From: Lachnospiraceae bacterium
GTDB taxonomy: Bacteria; Bacillota; Clostridia; Lachnospirales; Lachnospiraceae
Assembly (NCBI GenBank): GCA_022792335.1
Contig: JAAWAV010000041.1
Location: 72,039-136,038 of the forward strand
Length of the DNA stretch: 64,000 nt
Reading direction: 5' to 3'
Position 1 is the stretch's first letter, and every line of letters starts with the position of its first letter. Position numbers and translations under genes: made by a program. A model generated the notes under the pieces. The model was not told where the DNA came from, ran no database searches, and saw nothing but the letters and a program-made list of their open reading frames with translations. Of this stretch, positions 57,267 to 64,000 are shown in pieces.

Positions 57267-58085
57267 TCAGACCTTCTGATAAATGGCCGGCATCAGGTAT
57301 TTATAAGGACAGGTGGCTTTATTAAGCCCCTCGGAATGTCCGATGAAGAGATATCCATTCGGAACTGTAACATTATAAAAACGACGTACCAGGGCTTCTT
57401 TTGTAGGCTGATCAAAATAAATCATAACATTCCTGCAAAAAATCAGATCAAAAGGCCGACGAAACTGAATCGGATCCATCAAGTTAAAAGTCCGGAAAAT
57501 TACATTGTTTCGGATTTCAGGAGAGATGGTATAAGAACCATCCTGTTTTTTGGTGAAATATTTCCGCTGCCACGCCGGAGGAAGCTTTGAGAGAGCCTCT
57601 TCCTCATAAGAGGGATTCATGGCAGAGCTGAGAATATTTTGGGAAATATCTGTAGCCAGGATCCGCGTGTCCCAGGAACCGCCCTTATTTGCAAAATATT
57701 CTTTTAAATACATGGAAATCGTATAGGGTTCTTCTCCGGAAGAACAACCTGCGCTCCAGATAGAGATAGAATGATCGGACTGATGTCGACGGGCCATAGC
57801 AGGAAGGACCGTATTCTGCAGAAATTCAAAATGTTCTTCTTCCCGTAGAAAATAAGTATAATTGGTCGTCAGCTTGTTTAACAGAACCGTCGTACGTTCT
57901 TGATTTTTACCGGAAACGATGTCATCTACATAAGAAGAAAAACTGGAATAACCTTCCGCCCGTAAAGTATTGGAAAGGCGGCTGACGATTAATTGCTTTT
58001 TTTTGCTTAAGTCAATCCCGTAATTTTTTTGTATGTACATATACAGACGCTGGAAATCGGCATCACTTAAACTCAATGTTATCAT
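57267..58085 (-). CDS. cheR: Chemotaxis methyltransferase CheR
   Basis: LTTN.T.F.RE, WSAGCSSGEEPY, FCRNVMIYF, GHSE. Confidence 0.97.
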   Translation of the reverse strand: MITLSLSDADFQRLYMYIQKNYGIDLSKKKQLIVSRLSNTLRAEGYSSFSSYVDDIVSGKNQERTTVLLNKLTTNYTYFLREEEHFEFLQNTVLPAMARRHQSDHSISIWSAGCSSGEEPYTISMYLKEYFANKGGSWDTRILATDISQNILSSAMNPSYEEEALSKLPPAWQRKYFTKKQDGSYTISPEIRNNVIFRTFNLMDPIQFRRPFDLIFCRNVMIYFDQPTKEALVRRFYNVTVPNGYLFIGHSEGLNKATCPYKYLMPAIYQKV

Positions 58086-58177
58086 AAAAGCACTCCTTCT
58101 TTCATCCTTTGACTTAAAACCCGACAAAACGCGTCATCGGCGCGTTTTGCTGGAAATTTATAATTGGAAAAAGCGGG

Positions 58178-58663
58178 TTAATACCGCTTTTCCAACAGAA
58201 CATTGCAGTCAAAGGACATCATTACTTTTCCATCCCCTAAATCGATCATACCGTTTAACAGTTTTTGCTGTCGCTTCACCGGAATGGGACGGACCTCCCG
58301 GAAATCAATATCCAGAACCTGGCACACGGAATCGATCACAATACACAGAGGAACGGAATCGATATCCAGACGAATCACACAGGTCTTTCCCGTGTACTCT
58401 GCCGGGGGTTTATCCATACACAAACGCATATCCAGAACCGGCAAAATCTGGCCACGCAGATTGATCATCCCCTTTACAAAGGAAGGTACCATGGGAAGAG
58501 GCGTGATCGGATAATCATTTACAATCTCTACAATATAATCAGTACTGAGAAACAGGATAAGATCGTCTACCTGAAACGAAAGGCACCGTTCAACCGTAGT
58601 CGCCTCTTCCTGGGCAGACATCTCCTCCGTATCTAAATTCACATTGGTCGTTTGTTCTGACAT
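58178..58663 (-). CDS. cheW: Coupling protein CheW
   Basis: ITPLP.VP.FVKG.INLRGQI.PV. Confidence 0.95.
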   Translation of the reverse strand: MSEQTTNVNLDTEEMSAQEEATTVERCLSFQVDDLILFLSTDYIVEIVNDYPITPLPMVPSFVKGMINLRGQILPVLDMRLCMDKPPAEYTGKTCVIRLDIDSVPLCIVIDSVCQVLDIDFREVRPIPVKRQQKLLNGMIDLGDGKVMMSFDCNVLLEKRY

Positions 58664-58678
58664 GGTTTCTTCCTCCTG

Positions 58679-60799
58679 CTATTTTTCGTTGACGGCGGCG
58701 CCATAAAGGCCCAGTACATCAAGAATGATACTGATACTGCCATCTCCCAGAATCGTGCAGCCGTTGATACCGAAGTTCTTGAGTTCAAAGGAGTTTAAGT
58801 AGGTGGGGAAAGGCTTCACTACCACCTGCTGTTCTCCAATTAACTGATCGACGAAAATACAGTAGGAACGGTCGTTGGCCTCTACCCAGAGCAGGATGCC
58901 TTCCTCCAGGCTGGTAACCTCTGTCTCCAGATTGAAGAAGCGGTGCAGACGGACGACAGGATAGAAGCTATCCATACGGGCCACCATCTCATTGCCGTAA
59001 TCGTCATAGATGATTTCATCTGTGGTAATCTTAAAGGACTGCATAATATTGGCGATAGGGATCGTGAAAATGGATTTGCCCACAGTCACCTTCATACCGT
59101 CCATAATCGCGAGAGTCAGAGGAATCCGCATGGTAACAGTAGTACCAGTACCAAGCTCGCTGTCCAGAGCAAAAGTACCGCCGACAGACTCGATGTTTTT
59201 CTTCACCACGTCCATACCGACACCACGGCCGGAGTATTCCGTAACCGTCTGATTGGTGGAAAAGCCGGGAAGCATAATCAGGTTCAGAGCTTCCTTCTTC
59301 GTATATTCTTCCGCCGGCTTGGTAAGAAGCCCTTTTTCTGCCGCTTTGGCCAGAAGTTTGGCAGGATCCATGCCGTAACCGTCGTCAGTCACAGTAATGA
59401 CGACCTCGCTGCTGGTATGAGTAGCGGCGAGAATCAGAGTACCCTGAGGATTCTTTCCTGCACGAATACGTTCATCCTCTGTCTCCTCAATGCCATGGTC
59501 CATACTGTTACGGACGATATGCATAATGGGATCCTGAATGCTGTCCACAATATTTTTGTCCATCTCTGTATTTTCACCCTCGATAATGAGACGGACGTCT
59601 TTATTTAACTTCTGCTTCATATCCCGGACGATACGGTTCATTTTCTGGAATACACCGGAAATGGGAACCATACGTAAGGACATGGCGATATCCTGCAGAT
59701 CATCCGTCAGTTTACGAAGCTGTCTGGCGGATTTCATGAAATTGTCAAAACTGTCTCTGGAAAGCTGGTTTAATTCAGGGGCGGAAGTAACCATGGATTC
59801 TGTGATAACAAGCTCGCCCACAATATCTAACAGACTGTCTAACTTCATGACATTCACACTGATCAGATTCTGCTTTACGGGAGCGTGGGCCTTGGCCGGA
59901 GCGGCGGCAGCCGGAGCCGGAGCGGCCGCTTTTTTAGCGGAAGAGGCGGGCGCAGCGCTGGGAGTTTCCTGTTTGACCGGCGAAACAGCCTCTACCTTGG
60001 GCTCAGCCGGAGCGGCCGCTTCTTTTTTCTTTCCGGGATTTTCCAATATCTCATAAGAGCGGATATGTGCCTGGGATTTTAACATGGACTCTGCCTGTTC
60101 CACGGAATCATGGGAATCAAAGGCCATGTAGAAACCGTTTTCGACAATTTCCGCACTGGTATCCGGATTGGTCTCCACATCCTCCGGATAGCAACGGAAA
60201 ACAAACGCGTCCTGAAGCGCATTGATGATCATAAAAGCATAGAGATTTTCCATGCCGCTTCCCTCTTCCAGGTAAACATGAAGAAAGGCGGCGGCTTCCG
60301 GATCGTCAGGCATGCCCGGGGCAGCCGGTTTTTCCTCGGCGGGGGCAGAAGCCGTTTCCTCTTTGGAATCTTCTTCCGTCACATTGCTGATCTTTTTCAG
60401 GAATGCGTTGATTTCGTTTGCAAAGGAATCAATTTCCTCTTCGGCTGAGAGAGGAGACCCTTCTTCAACCTTCTGTACCTCGCTTCTCAGATAATCACCG
60501 GAACGGAACATCAGATCAAACAGTTCTTTTTTATGTTCCGGGTCCAGAGATTCGATGCCCTTATCACGGATGTAGAAGAATAAATCTTCAATGTGATGGG
60601 CGATTGTAGAAAGGGAATTGAACTCCATCATAGCAGAGGAGCCCTTGATCGTATGCATACTGCGGAAAATTTCATTTACGTCGTCTGATGAGAAATCTCC
60701 GATTTTTTCATCATTCACCAACAGCTCATCCAGAGCATCCAGCAAAGAGTTGGTTTCGTAAAGGTATGTTTCGAGCATGGCTTCCATACCATTATCCAT
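58679..60799 (-). CDS. cheA: Chemotaxis histidine kinase CheA
   Basis: IFRSMHTIKGS Hpt, HIVRNS.DHG, GRGVGMDVV, QQVVVK. Confidence 0.98.
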   Translation of the reverse strand: MDNGMEAMLETYLYETNSLLDALDELLVNDEKIGDFSSDDVNEIFRSMHTIKGSSAMMEFNSLSTIAHHIEDLFFYIRDKGIESLDPEHKKELFDLMFRSGDYLRSEVQKVEEGSPLSAEEEIDSFANEINAFLKKISNVTEEDSKEETASAPAEEKPAAPGMPDDPEAAAFLHVYLEEGSGMENLYAFMIINALQDAFVFRCYPEDVETNPDTSAEIVENGFYMAFDSHDSVEQAESMLKSQAHIRSYEILENPGKKKEAAAPAEPKVEAVSPVKQETPSAAPASSAKKAAAPAPAAAAPAKAHAPVKQNLISVNVMKLDSLLDIVGELVITESMVTSAPELNQLSRDSFDNFMKSARQLRKLTDDLQDIAMSLRMVPISGVFQKMNRIVRDMKQKLNKDVRLIIEGENTEMDKNIVDSIQDPIMHIVRNSMDHGIEETEDERIRAGKNPQGTLILAATHTSSEVVITVTDDGYGMDPAKLLAKAAEKGLLTKPAEEYTKKEALNLIMLPGFSTNQTVTEYSGRGVGMDVVKKNIESVGGTFALDSELGTGTTVTMRIPLTLAIMDGMKVTVGKSIFTIPIANIMQSFKITTDEIIYDDYGNEMVARMDSFYPVVRLHRFFNLETEVTSLEEGILLWVEANDRSYCIFVDQLIGEQQVVVKPFPTYLNSFELKNFGINGCTILGDGSISIILDVLGLYGAAVNEK

Positions 60800-60860
60800 T
60801 ACATAACACCGCCTTCATTCGTTTTTTGTGTGTAGTCAAAAAAATAGTCCTTCTAAAAAG

Positions 60861-60888
60861 ATATCGACAAAAATTGAGAATATATAAG
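60861..60888 (-). promoter_or_regulatory. Sigma28-type promoter of the cheA operon
   Basis: CTTATA-N14-GTCGATAT on the minus strand. Confidence 0.72.
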
Positions 60889-60997
60889 GGAGACCCTCAG
60901 GAACCCCTCCTTTCACTCTCATTATCATTGTATACGATAAGGCAAAATTTTTCAATGAGAAAATGGAGCAGGTTTGGAATCTCCCAAGGAAGCTTGC

Positions 60998-61026
60998 TTG
61001 AATTTGAATTTGACTTGTAGTATGAT
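60998..61026 (+). promoter_or_regulatory. SigmaA-type promoter of the COG0523 operon
   Basis: TTGAAT-N17-TATGAT. Confidence 0.6.
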
Positions 61027-61139
61027 AGAAAAGGATTCGGATAGGATCTTATATTTAAGGAAAGATTTAAGGAAAGGCAAAATACAAAACGGTGAGAGAA
61101 CCGCTTATTTTTAAAACGTTAGGAAAGGAAGCTTTTGAT

Positions 61140-62279
61140 ATGACCAAAATAGATATTTTTTCCGGATTTTTGGGAGCGGGAAAAACGACCCTGATCAAAA
61201 AACTGATTCAGGAAGTTTTTCAGGGAGAGAAATTGGTATTGATTGAAAATGAATTTGGAGAGATCGCGATTGACGGCGGTTTTTTGCAGGATGCGGGGAT
61301 TGAGATTACGGAGATGAACTCGGGCTGTATCTGCTGTAGCCTGGTGGGAGATTTTGGAGAGGCTTTGCAAAAGGTACTGGCCCAGTTCCATCCGGATCGG
61401 ATTCTGATTGAGCCATCCGGAGTCGGAAAGCTGAGCGATGTGATCCGTGCAGTGAGAAACCTGCATATGGAAGAGGTTTCCTTAAATAGCTTTACCACGG
61501 TGGCCGACGCGGGAAAGTGCAAAATGTATATGAAAAACTTCGGCGAGTTTTATAATGACCAGGTGGAACATGCAAACTCCATTATTTTAAGCCGGACGGA
61601 TGGGATTTCTGAAAAAAAGCTGGAGGCTTGCGTGGCGCTTCTCAGGGAGCACAACCAGACGGCGACGATTATTACGACGCCCTGGGATAAACTTTCGGGG
61701 GCGCAGATTCTGGAAGCGATGGAGCGGAGAAATACCCTGGAACAGGAACTTAAGACTTTGGAAGCAAAAGAGCATGCACATCGCCATCACGGTGAATGCG
61801 GGTGCCATCACCATGAGGAGCATGAACACCATGAGGAGGGACATTCTCACAGCGGAGAGTGCGGGTGCCATCACCATGAAGAGCATGCTCACCATGAAGA
61901 GGGACATTCTCACGGAGAAGCATGCGGCTGTATTCATAACGGACATGAGGAACATCGCCACCACGGGGAGGAGCATCATGACGGGGACCATCACCATCAT
62001 CATGCCGACGAGATTTTTACAAGCTGGGGAATTGAGACTATCAGAAAGTTTTCCAGGGGAGAACTGACGCAGGCTTTGGAAGCGCTTTCTGACGAGGAAG
62101 TTTATGGCATGGTTCTCAGGGCGAAAGGCATCGTGGAGGGAACGGACGGAAGCTTTCTTCACTTTGACTTTGTACCGGAGGAAACCAGTGTCCGTACCGG
62201 TCCGGCCATTGTCATGGGGCGTCTGTGCGTGATCGGCTCCCATATCAGGGAGGAAGCCCTGAAAAAGCTGTTTGGTTAA
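61140..62279 (+). CDS. CobW/COG0523 G3E GTPase metallochaperone with His-rich insert
   Basis: GFLGAGKTT, ENEFG, GCICC, IEPSG, RAKG. Confidence 0.93.
   Translation: MTKIDIFSGFLGAGKTTLIKKLIQEVFQGEKLVLIENEFGEIAIDGGFLQDAGIEITEMNSGCICCSLVGDFGEALQKVLAQFHPDRILIEPSGVGKLSDVIRAVRNLHMEEVSLNSFTTVADAGKCKMYMKNFGEFYNDQVEHANSIILSRTDGISEKKLEACVALLREHNQTATIITTPWDKLSGAQILEAMERRNTLEQELKTLEAKEHAHRHHGECGCHHHEEHEHHEEGHSHSGECGCHHHEEHAHHEEGHSHGEACGCIHNGHEEHRHHGEEHHDGDHHHHHADEIFTSWGIETIRKFSRGELTQALEALSDEEVYGMVLRAKGIVEGTDGSFLHFDFVPEETSVRTGPAIVMGRLCVIGSHIREEALKKLFG
61791..61931 (+). repeat. 63-bp tandem repeat encoding His/Cys-rich units
   Basis: GECGCHHHEEHxHHEEGHSH twice, plus a partial third copy (GEACGC). Confidence 0.9.
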
Positions 62280-62359
62280 AGCCGGACGGAAAAACCGGGA
62301 AGAGGCTGGGAAACCGGAAAGGAAAGGACCATAAGACATGGCCCGAAAGGAGGAGGCAG

Positions 62360-63304
62360 ATGGAAGATTTGCCGGTGTATCTGTTTACAGGATTTCTGGA
62401 GGCGGGAAAGACGCGGTTTATTCAGGAAACGCTGGAGGATCCACGTTTTAATAACGGGGAGAGAACGCTCTTACTTCTCTGCGAGGAGGGAGAACTGGAG
62501 TACGAGGAAGGTCTGGCATGCATGGAGAATGTCTTTGTTGAGACGATAGAACATGAGTCGGATCTGACGCCCAAAGTGCTTGATTATCTGGAAAAGAAAC
62601 ACAGAGCCGAACGAGTGATGGTGGAATATAACGGAATGTGGCAGCTAAGTTCCTTTTATGACAGTATGCCGGAGGCCTGGGTTATCTATCAGGAATTTCT
62701 GTTCATCGATGCAGGGACGTTCCTGAGTTATAATGCCAATATGAGGGGGCTTATGGTAGATAAACTGACCACCTGCGAGCTGGCTGTGTTTAACCGGTTT
62801 GGCGGAGAGATGGATAAAATGGACTTTCATAAAATTGTCCGTGGAATCAATCGTCGCACGGCCATCATCTATGAGTCGCCGGAAGGGGTCGTGGAGTATG
62901 ACGATATAGAAGATCCTCTTCCTTTTGATATTAATGCCCCGTTGATCGTGGTGGGAGACGAGGACTATGCCGTCTGGTACCGGGACGTATCGGAGGAACC
63001 TGAAAAATATCATGGGAAAACGGTAGAATGTCTGGGAATGGCTGTTATCAATTCCCGGTTCCAGGCAGGGAATTTTGCTTTCGGCAGAAAGGTTATGACT
63101 TGCTGTGAGGAGGACATTCAGTTTGCCAGCTTTCTGGCCCAGTGTGCGCCGGATAAGATGCCAGAAAACAAGAAGTGGTACAGGTTGCGTTTTCAGATGG
63201 AGTTTAAATTCCACAAATTATACGGCAGGAAGGGGCCGGTCCTTACTGTATGCGCCATGGAAGAAGTACCGCCGCCAAAAGAGGCTGTGGCGACCTTTTA
63301 CTGA
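62360..63304 (+). CDS. Degenerate G3E-GTPase domain fused to a DUF1980/TIGR03943-like C-terminus
   Basis: GFLEAGKT, CEEGE, EYNGMW; GR.VMTCC.ED. Confidence 0.78.
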   Translation: MEDLPVYLFTGFLEAGKTRFIQETLEDPRFNNGERTLLLLCEEGELEYEEGLACMENVFVETIEHESDLTPKVLDYLEKKHRAERVMVEYNGMWQLSSFYDSMPEAWVIYQEFLFIDAGTFLSYNANMRGLMVDKLTTCELAVFNRFGGEMDKMDFHKIVRGINRRTAIIYESPEGVVEYDDIEDPLPFDINAPLIVVGDEDYAVWYRDVSEEPEKYHGKTVECLGMAVINSRFQAGNFAFGRKVMTCCEEDIQFASFLAQCAPDKMPENKKWYRLRFQMEFKFHKLYGRKGPVLTVCAMEEVPPPKEAVATFY

Positions 63305-63391
63305 GAAATTCCGGCGCTGAAAGTCTGTGACGCTCCACGGGTTTTTATTTCAATAGCAGAATCTGAGAGAAACGATCCGGGAGGTGGCAAA

Positions 63392-64000
63392 ATGTTTGCG
63401 AAAATTCTGATTGATAACCGGTCGGAGAATGAGCTGGCCTGTGAATGGGGGCTGGCAGTCTATTTGGAATATGAGGGAGAGAAGTTTCTGCTGGATACAG
63501 GGACGACAGGCATATTTGTAAAGAATGCGGAGCGTATGGGAGTTTGTCTGGGAGAGGTCCAGTATGGAATTTTGTCCCATGCCCACTATGATCATTCTGA
63601 CGGGATGGCGGCGTTTTTTGAAAAAAATCAGAAGGCGAAGTTTTATCTGAGAAAGGGGGCAGGAGAAAACTGCTATGGAAAACGCTGGATCTTTTATAAA
63701 TATGACGGTATCGCCAGAGGACTTCTAGAAACATATAAGGACAGAATTGTCTATGTGGAGGGACAGCTTGAACTAGTTCCCGGCGTATGGCTTTTGCCCC
63801 ATACCACTCCAGGGCTGGAGAAGATTGGAAAGAGAGCGGGACTTTATATCAAAAAGGGAAGAAAATGGGTTCCGGATTCTTTTGCTCATGAGCAGAGTCT
63901 TGTCTTTGATACGAAAGAGGGACTTGTGATTTTTAACAGTTGTTCCCACGGCGGCGCGGATAATATTATCCGGGAGGTCTCAGAAGCATTTCCGGAGAAA
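63392..64000 (+). CDS. MBL-fold metallo-hydrolase (3' truncated; absent from the ORF track)
   Basis: GGAGGT RBS; hand translation MFAKILIDN...EWGL...LLDTG...LSHAHYDHSDG (HxHxDH). Confidence 0.88.
   Translation, partial: MFAKILIDNRSENELACEWGLAVYLEYEGEKFLLDTGTTGIFVKNAERMGVCLGEVQYGILSHAHYDHSDGMAAFFEKNQKAKFYLRKGAGENCYGKRWIFYKYDGIARGLLETYKDRIVYVEGQLELVPGVWLLPHTTPGLEKIGKRAGLYIKKGRKWVPDSFAHEQSLVFDTKEGLVIFNSCSHGGADNIIREVSEAFPEK

Noticed and set aside
60911-60930. Fur/Zur-like site (TCTCATTATCA) upstream of the COG0523 gene
   Set aside because: Only a half-site with no palindromic partner
16258-61931. CRISPR or mobile-element interpretation of the repeats
   Set aside because: All tandem repeats are in-frame coding units without unique spacers; no cas, transposase or integrase genes seen
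935-63734. Many 60-290 aa antisense or alternate-frame ORFs in the track
   Set aside because: They lie within well-supported genes and have no recognisable motifs

Overview
A complete flagellar motility and chemotaxis supercluster from a Clostridia/Lachnospiraceae-like Firmicute (taxon inferred from gene content and strong AGGAGG RBSs). It comprises a sigmaA-type fla operon (flgB to flhA, fliA, two rod genes, cheC, cheD, cheV, parA, comFB-like; 1.6-28.6 kb), a fliD-fliS unit with a second cap-like gene, and the divergent flgM-flgN-flgK-flgL-yviE-fliW-csrA unit. After these come a ylqG/ylqH-like pair with a lytic transglycosylase and a PilZ gene, one short flagellin among four glycosyltransferases, two XRE and two stand-alone Spo0A-DNA-binding-domain genes, a CZB chemoreceptor, the cheA-W-R-B-C39 peptidase operon, and a COG0523 metal-chaperone operon running off the end. 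I saw no rRNA, tRNA, CRISPR array, transposase or recombinase. Strongest leads: (1) each Spo0A-DBD gene is bracketed by its own 12-bp inverted repeat with compensatory changes between copies (invertible cassette or 5'-3' mRNA stem); (2) four sigma28 promoters share a non-canonical CTTATR -35 at exact spacing, alongside a substituted FliA recognition helix; (3) a ParA plus ComFB-domain pair is present while flhF/flhG are absent; (4) FliY carries three tandem FliM-like CheY-docking peptides; (5) flgE is bracketed by RNA structures next to an RNase-like small gene. All family assignments come from motif recognition by eye, not from database searches.
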